This document shows, piece after piece, positions 47,294 through 59,945 of a DNA stretch of 64,000 nucleotides. Both the position numbers and the translations under genes were made by a program. This DNA comes from the human T2T-CHM13v2.0 reference genome, Homo sapiens. The stretch is from assembly GCF_009914755.1 (NCBI RefSeq), contig NC_060929.1. One strand, 5' to 3'. The notes under the pieces are model-generated. The model searched no databases, had not been told where the DNA came from, and saw only the letters and a list, made by a program, of their open reading frames with translations. How positions within the stretch are numbered: position 1 is the stretch's first letter; the number at the start of each line of letters is the position of its first letter.

Positions 47294-50200
47294 CCATGCT
47301 GTTTCTTCGACCCAGAATTCCCTTACGTTGGCTACCTGTTGGTCTGTTCCTTGTCCTTCAAAATCTGCGGAAATGTCACCTCTCTGAAGCCTGCCTTGAG
47401 TTCCTCATACGAGTTAATCACTCTCTCCTTGGCCATCTACCTCTCTGAATGGTGGCAGTCTTGTCCGTGTAGCATCCTCACGCTAACCCCGTGCTATCTA
47501 GGACATGTCCAAACTTTTCCTCATCAAAATTTTACAAAGTTTAATTTCTTTAAGGTCTGATTATGTGACTGTCTAAAGAAACTACTTAAATTCCTGGTTC
47601 AGAGTAGATGCTTCATAAAAAGATTAGACTACTCCATGCTAAAGTGTGGATGGGCTGTGTGGTTTAATACATTATTCCTCCCAGGGACACGCCACATTTA
47701 TAAGGGAACTTTCAGAGTTAATATTCCACCCAATGAATCCTAAATTGGTAAGAAGTGAAGTGGGTCACTTCACGTCCTGCCAAGTCAAGGGGTCTTCTTC
47801 TGGGGCTCTTCAAACTGTACCAAGTCCAAGGCTTCCCTATCTGTAGGTTGGAGAAACAGAATCATGTCAGGTCAATCTCCAGCATGCAGAGGCTGCTTGG
47901 AAAAGTGAGCCAGGTTGCTCAATAGTGGCTTAGGGGAGCTGTGTCTGTGGAAAAAGATAGATGTGACTGGACACATCTCTGCTCAGCTAATATGTGCTTC
48001 CAGTACTATTGGAATGTGATTTTCTAAATTGTGACTGGCCGACTTTCTTCTCTTGTGGTTGAGTTTGCAATAACATAGACTATGACTCTAGTTTTGCCAA
48101 AGTGGAAAAAAATGCCATCCAATGGATTTTTATGGTGGTTCTTAAACATTTTTTAAAATGTTATTAAAGACGGAGCTCAGTGAGTCTTTCCTGTCCCACT
48201 TTGGGCTGATGAACCAAGGCACAGACTTACAAGGTTGGGCACGGGCAGCCAGGGATGCTACCTCAGGACGTGCCAACACCAGTTAAGTCGCCCTGTGTAA
48301 TTTTGCCTAAAAATGGAGCTACCTACATAAGTACAAATCCAGAGTATTTTGACCATCCCTGGCTTAGGGCAGAGATCAAAACAAAGCATCTCAATCCTCA
48401 TTAGGTTCAAGAATCCAGGGAGCCTGCTGTGTTCCAAGAAGCCCAGATACATCTTTCAAGGACTCCAGAGTCACAGCTCACATCTTAGGTGGTAGACAGA
48501 ACCAAGTGAAACTACCTATTGCAAACTGCCCTCCTCCCTGCTCTGTGAAGAAGTGGGGACCCATCTGACATATAGTTTCACAGTCAAGATGCTTAGGGAC
48601 ATCTTTTCCAGCAGGGTCCTATGGACATCCATACAGTTGGCAAACTGGCAGGATTCTTGGGAAGAACCAAAAGTGATGTTTGTTGAGTGTCTTGGAGTAG
48701 TCAGGACAGATGGTTTCTTAGGGGGTTTCAGATCAGCAAAATAGGAAGCCTCAGGACTCTGAATTTCCTGCTCTTTCGTCCGGTTTCTCCTCTTATTAAC
48801 ATCGTGAATTCCCCTTTGCCTGGAAGCCGTCAGGTAGCCATTGTGAGGTCTCAAAACCTAGGAAGAGAAGTTCGTGAACTGGGCTGCAAACAGGGTTTGT
48901 CTTGGGATTAATTGCAACCTAAGTGGCCTCCTTTCTGCTGCCTACCTGAGTTCTTCCCGCCCTGCAGTGGGCTCTGGTCTCCCATGTAGTCATGTCCTTG
49001 TCACCCAGCATGGCTCTGGTTATACACACTTCCTCTGCTGTCTGAGTGGTCTCAGTTAGCACATAAATCCATTAAGGGCCTGGAGGGCAGCTTAGATGTT
49101 GCATGTCTTAGGAGATTGGGTACATGAGTGAATCATAGACCATGAGCTCTAAGACAGCTGAGCATTGTGCCTCCAGGGCTTGGCACTTAGTAGATGCTCA
49201 ATAAATATTTGTCAACTGAATGATTCTGAACTGTCATCTGAAATGCTTTTAGTTGTTCATTTTACCTCTTCCACCCCAGTGCTTATTTTCCTGGCTTGGA
49301 CCCAGTTTTGGGAGGCCACTTCCATTGGTCAAAAGTGATATGCTTGCATTGTGTCCCTGGCCTGGGATGCTGTTACGATGATTCTAGCTTTATGACCTGT
49401 GCGGTCTGACTCAGGACCCTTGCTTCGTGGTGTGGTGTGGAGCAGGGAAAGCTCTCTGGGGGGAGTGGCAGTTGAAATCCCCCTGGTTTCAAAAAATGGT
49501 CCAGAAATATGTTGAAGACATTTAAAAAATTTCTAGTCAAAACCTTTTGGGAAGAACAGCCAGATTTTGTAAAGAAAAAAAAAAAGGCAGTTTAATGGGC
49601 AAAGATGTTCTGAGCAATTCCAAGCTTTACTGACTCTCCAAGAGGCTGTTCAACAAGCATTTTCAGGAATCGTGAGCTCCAAGCTGACTTGCCATTGGAG
49701 CATCTTCAGTGGGTCACAGGGAGGCGCCTTGGTCATCTCACTGAGTGTTTGGACCTGACCAGAAAACCCTTGTTCCCCTTCCTTGCCTCCCTCCCACCCT
49801 TCCATGGCCCACCCCCTGCAGATTTCTACATCGGCAAAGTGACAGGTGACCATGATGGCAGAAAGGTTTGCTTTGGGACTGATGGTGAAGGGAAAATGAT
49901 GGAGTGTGTGTAGCTTTGCCGGCTCCTTGTCTCCCCCAACCCGGAGGCTAGAATGCCTTCCCCGAACAGTAATGGCAGAGAACCAGAGAGCTGTTTGCCC
50001 ACTTGGAAGTAGTGGGATGGGGTCAATGCCCTTTGCAGAAGCCTAGGAATGCAGCTCTTCTGGTGTTCTCCCTACCCCACTCCTGGGCATACCTGCTCTT
50101 GGCTTCCCACTGACTTCCTGTGCTTTAGGGCAGGTGCATTGGGTAGAGCAGAATCCACGGCAGAGATGGTGAAGTTGCTGCTCCTTAGTGATTATATTTT

Positions 50201-50729
50201 TAGAGCATTCTGTGACCAGAGGTAGGTCTCTAAACAGCTTTGTGCCTCAATTTTCCTATCTGTATGACACAATATGGCAGTGTTGTGATGCAGTCACTAG
50301 GAGACCGTGTTCAGAAAAGGGGTTTGTCCTTATCCAACCCCATTCCCCCAGCTCTTTAGTGGTGGCCTCTCACCTCTTATTATTACCCAAATTTATTTTA
50401 CTGTCAGCTGATTGCCAGTTTCTCTGTCCCTTCTAGGTACATTGGTAATAATTTGAGGGGTGTTTTTTTTAAGGACACCCTAACCAGAAAAGAGGATTCT
50501 GGAAAGACAGAAGTCCTCAAGGTGCAAATGAATTCATCTCCAATGATAATATTTTGGGTGACATTTTTCCCCTCCTTTTTCAAAAGAGTGTCTTTTCTCA
50601 AACGCTTAAATTCCATCATGGTTGCAGAGGAGTCTCTATGTAGCTGAGATGGTTTAGTTTGCTTTTCCTGCTAAGGTTATAATGTGACTATTGTTCTTGT
50701 CACTAAAATTATTCTGTAAGCATCAAGTT

Positions 50730-51060
50730 TTCTAAGAACTTAAAGATTTTCAAACAGTGGAGAAAGGTTGAAATAATTTTAATGCAAGCACTCCAATGTC
50801 TACCACCTAGATTCTACAGGCGTTCACATTTTAGTGTACTTAGCCTTATCTTATGACTTTCTGTCTAGCTCTGCTTCTAGCTATCCATCCTCTATAATTT
50901 TGGGGGTGTATTTCAGAGTAAGTTGCAGACATCAATACACACCCCCTAGCCAGTTTACTTTAGAATGGATATTGTAAACTAGAGTTCATTATTTTCTTAC
51001 AGTTATTTTCTTTTGAACATCAATAAAATGCACAAATCTTAGGTATCCTATTTATAGACA
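50730..51060 (-). mobile_element. Old L1M (MC/MD/ME) 3' fragment
   Basis: ttttcaaacagtggagaaaggttgaa...taccacctagattctac...tttcagagtaagttgcagacatca...aaatgcacaaatctta. Confidence 0.55.
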
Positions 51061-51661
51061 TTGGTTTTTAAAAATTGCTGTGTCCATTTGAGTCCTGTAT
51101 TCCCACACTTTCTTACTTAACAGTTAATTTGTTACTCAAGTAATAATTAATTCATCTACTCTGTCTTTTCCATTTGGAAGGGGAGGCTTAGCCTTCTTTA
51201 TTCCTCAATAAGGAGAAGTAATTTCTGTCCTACCCAGATTCACATCCAGTCTGGTCTCTCAACATCCTGGCAATGAATGCAGACCCCTTCCCTGCTCCCT
51301 TCCAGCTCTAAACCTTGGTCCAGGAGGCTCAGAGCCACTTCCTGGTTCCATCTGATGCAGTCTGGCCTTGTCCTGTCAAACCCAGGACTGCTGACTCTCT
51401 TACCATGTAAGAGTTGAATAATCGTAGATATTAGCTACCACATTAGCAGGTGTGGTTCTTCTCAGTTTCTAAAGAGCTTGCCCTCATGTCGTTTCATTGA
51501 GACCGCACTACAGCAGGTAACTATTAGTAACACTATTATACTCATTTCTCAGATTGGGATACTGAGGCTTAGAGAGGGAGGTCATGCAGCTTGGGTCTGG
51601 ATTGAGGCCTGAGTGGCTTCACACACGGAGTTCCTCCTGCGGCCCCACAGAGCTTTCACCT

Positions 51662-52034
51662 GAGCCTAATTTCCCAGGCTGTGACACAATGACTATGCAT
51701 ACTGCTAAAGGTGTGTCAGAGCCTAATTTCCCAGGCTGTGACACAATGGCTATGCATACCGCTAAAGGTGTGTCAGAGTAACATACTGCTAAAGGTGTGT
51801 CAGAGCCTAATTTTCCAGGCTGTGACCCAATGACTGTGCATACTGCTAAAGGTGTGTCAGAGTAACATACTGCTAAAGGTGTGTCAGAGCCTAATTTCCC
51901 AGGCTGTGACACAATGGCTATGCATACTGCTAAAGGTGTGGCAGAGTAACATACTGCTAAAGGTGTGGCAGAGCCTAATTTTCCAGGCTGTGACCCAATG
52001 ACTGTGCATACCGCTAAAGGTGTGTCAGAGTAAC
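51662..52034. repeat. Compound minisatellite of five 57 bp A units and three 27 bp B units (A A B A B A B A + partial B)
   Basis: A = gagcctaatttcccaggctgtgacacaatgactatgcatactgctaaaggtgtgtca at 51662, 51719, 51803, 51887, 51971; B = gagtaacatactgctaaaggtgtgtca at 51776, 51860, 51944. Confidence 0.97.
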
Positions 52035-52219
52035 TTTCTTGGAAGTTTGATTTAAGCATGGTGCTAAACTGGGCTGTGGGTTTGCAGGTGACTTAATTTG
52101 CTGTTCGTATGATAGAGAAACATATGGTCTGGTGGCTTTGCAGTCAGTAGACCTGGACTCTGCCATGTAGAAGCTGTGTGACCTCAAACGAGCCACTTAT
52201 CAATATCAAAAACCAATAC

Positions 52220-52425
52220 TTTTTTGGATGCTTAATATATGCTTAACAAGGTAGATTCATAATCTCATTTGACTACTCCTCCTAACATCCTATCATTGTT
52301 TTTAATTGCTTTATAGATGAGGAAACTGAGGCACAGAGAGATGAAGGAACTTGCCCAAGGTCACACAGCTGAGGAACCCAGGCACTCAGATTCTGGGGCC
52401 TGCTCTCATAACCACAATGCTACAT
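52220..52425 (-). mobile_element. MIR
   Basis: ttatagatgaggaaactgaggcacagagagatgaaggaacttgcccaaggtcacacagct. Confidence 0.88.
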
Positions 52426-52524
52426 CCCTGCCTCTAACATCGGGACAACCAGGCCTTCCTCACAGGCATTATCGGGACTATAAGATAAGATGCATAAGGT
52501 TTTATCTCCAGAGAGAAGGCAGCT

Positions 52525-52900
52525 ATGGTCCAAGGTCAAACACAGAGGCTACAACTAGAAACCTCTAGACCAAGTTTGGTCCATGTGGTGTTCTCTATAG
52601 AGTTTCTTTCTTTTTAATTTGGATTTTCAATACTTTAAAATTAAGAGCACACACATAACAGTATCCTTTTTCAGCTTCCTTAAACCATATCTGAACATTT
52701 GGCCAAAGTAGATCCCTGCTGGGGCATGAAATAATCAGCTGATGCCGTTTCCCTCTGTCCTCACCATCCTCTCACGCCTTCCCCTCCTGAGGCTACCGTC
52801 AGAGGCCATTTCTCATCCTGCATGCACTGTAGCATTTCTGACGCTAGGTACACTTCGCTCGCTATCTGCCTGGCCTCTGTGGGCATGAGGGTTTGTAGAC
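52525..52900. mobile_element. MER102-like hAT-Charlie relic
   Basis: Ends ctgcctggcctctgtgggcatgagggtttg, resembling the MER102 terminus as recalled. Confidence 0.45.
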
Positions 52901-53039
52901 AGAGCAAAACCAAGTAGTTTGTGGGGGTGCGTGCCTATCATTTCCAAAGGGAGCCACAGGTCGGTCATTTGCTATCTATGAGATTCAAAGCTCAGGGTCT
53001 TCTCAGAGAGTAAACTCACGAAGGTACGTAGGAATATCT

Positions 53040-53605
53040 TGCAGGCATTTCTTTCCAGCATGCCACAAACCAGTGGTCTCACAGGGCATGATGTTTTAGT
53101 GAGAGCTGGGGCTAAACATAATGTTTTCAGCTTTTTTTTCCTTGCATTTTTTTTTTCTCAGCTCTGGTCTTCTTCTTGGCATTTTTGACACATACCACAC
53201 GCTGGCCCATCATTTCCTTCTGGTTACCCAGGTGTTCCAAAAGATCCCCCTCCAGTGATACACTCCGTTCTCCAGGGCTCAGATCTGAAAGTGTAGCTAT
53301 GTTACCTGGGAGAGATGACATGAACACACCATTTTCCCAAGCAGGGCAACCATCAAGGTGAATATCAATTCAAACATTTAGAAATGTAAATTATAACAAG
53401 TTATTTTTATGAGTACCAGAAAAATATAACTAGCAGATCAAGTTTATGTTTTCAAGAAAACTACTGGCTAGGAGGAGGTTTTCAAAAAGAATTATTTAAA
53501 AGTCGATTTGAAGAAAAATAGTAAGTAAATACTACTACAGGTGAAAAGTCACAGCCAAAATACACGGGGTGATATGTAAATGACTGAAGTTTGCGGAAGA
53601 CTGCA
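53040..53605. mobile_element. hAT-Charlie-type DNA transposon relic
   Basis: Ends aagtaaatactactacaggtg...aaatgactgaagtttgcggaagactg; family uncertain. Confidence 0.4.
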
Positions 53606-53847
53606 CAGGGTCTCTGCTACCCTCTGAATCTTCTTTTGGCCAAGTCCAGGGGCAGGAGATGGGATACTCCTTTCTCTTCCTGTGCTTCATCTCCATCTCT
53701 CTTCCTTCCCCTGAGTCTAGGACACTTTGACCTGGATATATGGGAAGGGATGGAGAGAGTGGGAAGTTTTGCTATTCCTAATCATAGCTATTCCTTAGTC
53801 TATGGTGCTGTCTTTGCAAATAGGCCTTTTTAAATTTAAATATAATA

Positions 53848-54134
53848 ATTTTTTAAATTATACTTTAAGTTCTGGGGTACATGTGCAGAACGTGCAGGTT
53901 TGTTACATAGGGATACACATGCCATGATGGTTTGCTGCACCCATCAAACCGTCATCTACATTAGGTATTTTTCCTAATGCTATCCCTCCCCTAGCCCCTC
54001 ACCCCCCAATGGGCCCTGGTGTGTGATGTTCCCCTTCCTGTGTCCATGTGTTCTCATTGTTCAACTCCCACTTATGAGTGAGAACATGTGGTGTTTGGTT
54101 TTCTGTTCTTGTGTTAGTTTGCTGAGAATGATGG
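53848..54134 (-). mobile_element. L1PA (PA6-8-like) 5'-truncated 3' end
   Basis: ttatactttaagttctggggtacatgtgcagaacgtgcaggtttgttacat...cattgttcaactcccacttatgagtgagaacatg. Confidence 0.95.
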
Positions 54135-54214
54135 GGGCTATATGTACGGACAACAGTTGTTGGAAAGACCGTGAGGACCTATGTTGAATTGCGTAAATGA
54201 GCTCAGCCCAATTA

Positions 54215-54345
54215 CTTCATCTCTTAAGCCTCAGTTTCCTCATCTGCATGACGGGGAATAAACATAATACTTGATTGAAGTGTTGTTGGAAGGAAGAAAT
54301 GAGATACAGCATGCAGAGTGGCATGTATACATGGTAGGATGATGG
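54215..54345 (+). mobile_element. MIR fragment
   Basis: ctcttaagcctcagtttcctcatctgcatgacggggaata. Confidence 0.75.
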
Positions 54346-54919
54346 TGATGGAAGGCCTGCAAGGGAGGCTCTTTCTTTAGGTATGGATGTTAAGTTAGGG
54401 AGAGAGAGAAGTTGTATCTTGAGGTTTTGTGTGAAGTTTTTGTCCATGAGAACATCTTGACAGAAGGCATAGTTTGTTGGCATATTAACAGCCATGCCCT
54501 GGGGCAGCCATTTTCTTATGCCTTTGTTTGGTCTGTGGGGACAGGGAACATTCTGTCCTGTCGGTCAGAAGGAAAGACTGTGGGAGGGGAGGGCAGCCCT
54601 GAGCACTTGGCTGCTTTCTAGATTGGGTAAAAACCAGCGAGGACTATCCACAGCCCATCATTTTCCCACCTAGCTCCCTTGCATGAATGCATAGTTAGAA
54701 TTTTTAAGTCTCAGCCAAGGGTCCAGCTGGGGGAAGGGGAGCACACAAGCACATTACCCTGAATGGACACTGCTGGACTTCTCACCAAGATAGCACGAGC
54801 ACCAAGGACAGAATGAGCAGAGAAAACTAGCTTGGTTTCTCCCAGAGAGAACTCCCCATTGAAAATGGATTCCTCTCCTTGGTGGGTTTTGATTTGGCTT
54901 GCAGTTATTTTCATTGACT

Positions 54920-55270
54920 TTTGTAATAACCACATTTTCTGGTTTCTATACTAGACACTTTGTCATGTTGAGATCTTGCAGACACTGGAGGGCTTGGCCA
55001 ATTCCTAAAGATACTAAAACACTGGACTGCAAATGTGCCTTTCATATGCAAACAAACCAATCCAGAGCCCACCACTTCCTTGGCATCACCACCGCCTTTA
55101 TGTAGGCTTTTATGCTCTAGGCCACTGGACACCTGCCCCAATTATCCCAGGGCAGGACACCCACCCTCACAGCTCAGAGTCTGCTAAAATTGTTCAAACT
55201 AGCCCATTCTGAGCCTGCTTACCCTCTCTCACCCATACCTTCCCACAAAAAGCACAGTAAAGTTTCCCTC
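54920..55270 (+). mobile_element. MER54/MER74-like ERVL LTR
   Basis: ggccaattcctaaagata...gcctttcatatgcaaacaaaccaatccagagccc...aaattgttcaaactagcc. Confidence 0.6.
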
Positions 55271-55708
55271 CGTTGAGACAAAATGAGACAATTATTGAAA
55301 ATTGTTTCTGTGTCTGCGTGTTTTATCACACCTGATTAAAACAAATCCTAGGTAGTTGAGACTCTTTGGATAGTGAGCATTCCAGTTAGTAGGATCCAGA
55401 TATGAACTTATTAAACTCGGCCCTGCAGTCTGCATGGAAACAGCATTATTTACACAGAGCTGGGGTTTTGTCTTTCTTGGGAATCAGATAGACCAGGTCT
55501 AAAGCCTGGCTCCAGTTGTTACCAGTGGGTTGACCTCAGATTCTTATTATTGATAGGAGGAAGAATACTTATGTCCTGTGGTTGTCATGAAACAATATCC
55601 TAGGACAGGTTTCCAAGAGATGGAAGTTCAGAGCATTTGTCTGTCAAAGGCCCATGGCCTGGAGGGAGTGGGAGGCTACAGCTCTGAGTACCTGCTTGCT
55701 GGTGGGTA

Positions 55709-56001
55709 GGATAGATTTCAAGGGCAAAAGGCTGAGTGCAATAAGGATAAGCCAATCTTGAAAGATCATATACTCTAGGATTTCATTTATATAACATTCA
55801 CAAAATAACAAAATTATAGGGATGGAGGACAGATCAGTTGTTGCCACGGGTTGGGGATGGCAGTGAGCACGACCATAGAGGGTCAGTAACAGAGAGGTCT
55901 TTGTGGTGATGGAGCAGCTCTGTACCTTGACTGGGATGGTAGCTGCACAAATCTACATGTGATGAATGACATAGAACTATACGCATCTCTTGTATCAGTG
56001 T
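55709..56001 (+). mobile_element. L1MC/MD-type 3' fragment; left arm of an inverted repeat
   Basis: Its reverse complement aligns to 56734-57023. Confidence 0.85.
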
Positions 56002-56589
56002 TGCGTGGTTTTCAGTGATGATGAAATCAACCATCCCAATGGAGACCCACTCTCTGATCAGTGAAGAGCAGCTTTTACATATGTGTCAGGCGGTTTTGGA
56101 TTCCTTTTCTTCTGGTTCCCTCATCCATCAGAACCTAAAGCAGGTGGCGGCGGGGGAGTGGTGGGGGGGTCCTCAGCCTGCTTCCTCAAATTCCAAAGAG
56201 GCAGGAAAACAAGTAAAGGGTAATCAAAGATATACCTTGTCCTCGAAGAAAGATGTTTGGGAAAGGAGGTGGCTTGGAGTTTTTGGCTGATTTCCAAGGA
56301 GTAGAAGTGGCAGTTTGGTGGCCATGAACGATGTCATAAAACATACAGCCCTTCGTTGTCCCAGCCAATGGCTGACTGTGGGGGTTTGTCACTAGGGAAG
56401 GAGTGACCACATTGTTGAGCGTTTGGTCGGTAGGGAGAGCCTTGGCTGCAACAAGTAGCAACTCAGCCCATGCTGGCTTCTGAGGCTGGGTTGAGACCTG
56501 CTTTTGTTCCAGAAAGGTGGGCTCAGGAAGTGCATGGACTTGCTACAAATTCAGCCTGGCCTGTAGATAGGTTTGTTTTTAATATTTGC

Positions 56590-57530
56590 TTTCAATTTTT
56601 TTTACTTGAAATAATTATAACTCCATAGGGAGTTGCAAAAATATTACAGAGAGGTTCCTCCTATCCTTCACCCAGTTTCTTCCAATGGTTACATCTTACA
56701 TAATTATAGTATAATGTCAAAAACAAGCAGTTGACACTAATACAACAGATGTGTATAGTTCTATGTCATTCATCATATGTGTAGATTTGTGCAGCTACCA
56801 CTCCAATCAAGGTACAGAGCTGTTCTATCACCACAAAGATCTCCCTGGTGCTACCCCTTCAGTGTCGTGCTCACCCCATCCCTGAGCTGTGGCAACGACT
56901 AATCTGTTCCCATCCCTATAATTTTGTTATTTCGTGAATGTTATATAAATGAAATCCTAAAGTATATGATCTTTCAAGATTGGCTTCTTATTTTACTCAG
57001 CCTTATTCCCTTGAAATCCATCCAAGTTACTGCATGTAACAAATTATTCATTCCTTTTTATGGTTGCATAGTATTCCAGGGTATGAATAGATGCAGTTTG
57101 TTTAACCATTCACCTATCAAGGGACATTTTGATTGTTTTCAGTTTTGGGGTCTTACAAATAAAGCTGCTGTAAGCTTTATGTACAAGTATTTTGCGTGGA
57201 TGTAAATGTTCATTTTTCTGGGAGAAATGCCCAGGAGTGCAACTGATGAATTATTTGATGAGTAGATGTTTAGTTTCAAAAGAAACTGCTAAACTATTTT
57301 CCAGAGTGGTTGTACTGTTTTGCATTCCTATCAGCAGTGTATGTATTCAGTCCGTTCACATCCTCACCAGCACTTGGTGTTGCCACTATTTTAAAATTTT
57401 ATCTGTTCTACTGGGAGTCTAGTGATATCTGACTGCAGTCTTAATTTGCCTTTTTCTGGTGGCTAGTGATGTTGAATACCTTTGCATGTGTTTATTTGCT
57501 ATCTGTGTATCCTCATTGTGAAATTTGTCT
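56590..57530 (-). mobile_element. L1MC/MD-type 3' end; contains the right arm of the inverted repeat
   Basis: ttgaaataattata...ggagttgcaaaa...ccttcacccagtttc...gtttgtttaaccattcacct...acaaataaagctgct...tttccagagtggttgtac. Confidence 0.88.
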
Positions 57531-58204
57531 TCGTGTTCTTCAGATGGAGGTTTGGAAATTTTTGGTTTGGTTAGCAATTCAGAAAGATGAACTTGAATTT
57601 GAATTTAATTTGAAAGGTCAACAAGTTAATATAGTAAACCCCAGTCTGAGAGTCTTAGTGTGGTTGTCAAAATGGCAAGCTGGTGCTGTCCTTTGTTATG
57701 AACAATCTGTAAGGGGAAGTGAGATGTTCAAAATAAACACCAATGAACATGGTATGTCAATTTAAGCATTTACTAGTTAATAAACATTACCAGCATAGTC
57801 TTAAAGTTAGTTAGTTCTTGTGGTTAGCAAAAGTTACAACAATACATGATTGCTACTGAAGACTTCCATGGACCAGGCCCGATTATGTATCATTGGTAAT
57901 TTTAGTTCTCATCATAGCCCTTTAGGGAGGCTTTATGATCCTATCTTACAGACGACAAAACTGAGACTCAGAGGACAAGACGTGTTCACAGACACACAAC
58001 TAGGAAGTTTTGAACCCAGACACATTTGATTTCAAAGCCTGTGTGCTTCCTTCTGTGTGCTTCCTTTTGGCCTCTGTTTTGGTCCCCATGACCCGATAAA
58101 GATGTTCGTTTACACTCTAGGCAACTTCCATTGCTCTGAGCACTGGGATTCTGTCCACATCTCAGACACTGTCATTGATCCTGGTGGGCACCCTTGTCTG
58201 TCAA

Positions 58205-58552
58205 ACTATAAAAGAAGAAATACTCAACATTGGGTAATTTATAAAGAAAAGAGGTTTAATTGACTCACAGTTCTGCATGGCTGGGGAGGCCTCAGGAAAC
58301 TTACAATCATGGCAGATGGCACCTTTTCACAGGGTGGCCGGAGAGAGAAAAGAGTGCCAGCAGGGGAAATGCCAGACGCTTCTAAAACCATCAGATCTTG
58401 TGAGAACTCACTCACTATCACAAGAACGGCATGGAGGAAACCACCCCCATGATTCAGTTACCTCCCACCAGGTCCCTCGCACAAAATGTGGGAATTATGG
58501 GAGCTTCTATTCAAGATGAGATTTGGATGGGGACATAGCCAAACCATACCAC
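58205..58552 (-). mobile_element. THE1C/D MaLR solo LTR
   Basis: aagaggtttaattgactcacagttctgcatggctggggaggcctcaggaaacttacaatcatggcag...gagatttggatggggacatagccaaaccata. Confidence 0.92.
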
Positions 58553-59151
58553 AAGCCAAGGTGATTTCATTTGAAACCTAGGTTTACTCTGATGGATACC
58601 CTGACTGGTCAATGGGCAGACAGGCCACCACCCCCTCCCCTCTGGTAAGTGACTGTATGTCATTGTTTGCACACTCCCTCTACCCCTGGTCTCCTTTGGA
58701 ATAAAGCTCTTCTAATAAGGAACATGGGTTTTCATCTGACAATTTGCATCTATCAGGTCTCTGCAGGAAACAGGTGGCACACACAGAGGAGAGTTACATC
58801 AGAGTGCAGGGCAGGACAAAGGGGACCAGCAAGAAATGGAGAGGCACCTGGGGTCAGCCCTTGCAGGAAGCCCTGACCACTCCCAAACTGAATGGGAAAA
58901 GCGGGACAGGTGCTGTTGGACCCCAGAGACAGCTGGGGCATGGAAAGAGGCTCTGCTTTCCAGAAGCTGTGGGCAGACAGCCATGACCAGACCTGCAGTG
59001 GAGCAGGTGGGGAGTGGGACTGTGCCTCCTATTGGCCAAACCAAGCTGGGAACCACAGGGCAAGGGGCAGGTGACACAGGCTGTGAGAGGTTGGCCTGCC
59101 AGGGCACAGAGCAGGGCAGAGAGGGTGAAGAATGGGTAGGGGTGCCAGGGT

Positions 59152-59945
59152 GAGAGGTAGGCTGAGTAATGGCCTCTCAAATGTCCATGTCTTAATCCCC
59201 AGGACCCTACATGGCAAAAGGCTTGGCAGACGTGACAAAGTGAAGAGTCTTGAGATGGGGAGATGATCCTGCATTGTCTGGATGGGCTGGGTGTGGTCGT
59301 GACAGTTTTCATAAGAGGGCTGCAGGACTACAGTGAGTAGGAGACGCGATGATGGAAGCGAGGAGTTGGAGTGATGGGAGGAAGTGGTCACGAGCTAAGG
59401 ATTGTGGGCAGCCTCTAGAAGCAGAAAAAAGCAAGGAAATGGTTTCTCCCCTCAGTGGCTCCAGGAGGAATCTGCCCTGCGAATTCCTTAACTTTGGTCA
59501 GTGAAACTGATTTTTAAAAAATTTTAGATTCAGGGGGTAGATGTGCAGGTTTGTTACAAGAGCATATTGTGTGATGCTGAGGTTTGGCTTCTGTCGCCCA
59601 GATAATTGAACAGAGTGCCCAGTAGAAAGTTTTTCAGCCCATCCCCTCCTCCCTCCCTCCCTCCCTCCCTCTCTCCCTCTCTCCCTTTCTACCTCCCTCC
59701 CTCTCTCCCTCCCTCTCTCCCTCCCTCCTTTTGGAGTCCCCAGTGTCTATTGCTCTCAACTTTACGTTTGTGTGTACCCAAGGTTTAGCTCCCACTTCTG
59801 AGTAAGAAAATGAGATATTGGTTTTCTATGAAAGAAACTGATTTTGGACTTCTGACCTCTAAAACTGTGAGAGGATACATTTCTAATTCTTTAAAGCCAC
59901 TGACTTAATGGTAACTCATTACAGTGGCTGCAGGAATCTAATACA
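59152..59945 (+). mobile_element. MLT1D-like LTR interrupted by an L1PA
   Basis: gtccatgtcttaatcccc...cttgagatggggagatgatcctg...gcagcctctagaagc...ttttggacttctgacctc...ctaataca. Confidence 0.85.
59515..59828 (-). mobile_element. L1PA (older, PA13-16-like) 3' end with a (CCCT)n expansion at 59644-59728
   Basis: ttttagattcagggggtagatgtgcaggtttgttac...tttagctcccactt; TSD gaaactgatttt at 59503-59514 and 59834-59845. Confidence 0.88.

Noticed and set aside
49765-49871. Strong polypyrimidine acceptor at 49821 followed by an open frame (DFYIGKVTG)
   Set aside because: Only weak donors follow (GTGACC, GTTTGC) and the peptide is unrecognised.
51662-52034. CRISPR-like repeat/spacer appearance
   Set aside because: The spacers are themselves repeated (TAA or one 33 bp sequence), there are no cas genes, and the context is human DNA; it is a minisatellite.
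51619-52059. 146 aa repetitive ORF on the - strand
   Set aside because: It is a by-product of repeat units that are multiples of 3, with no recognisable domain or gene structure.
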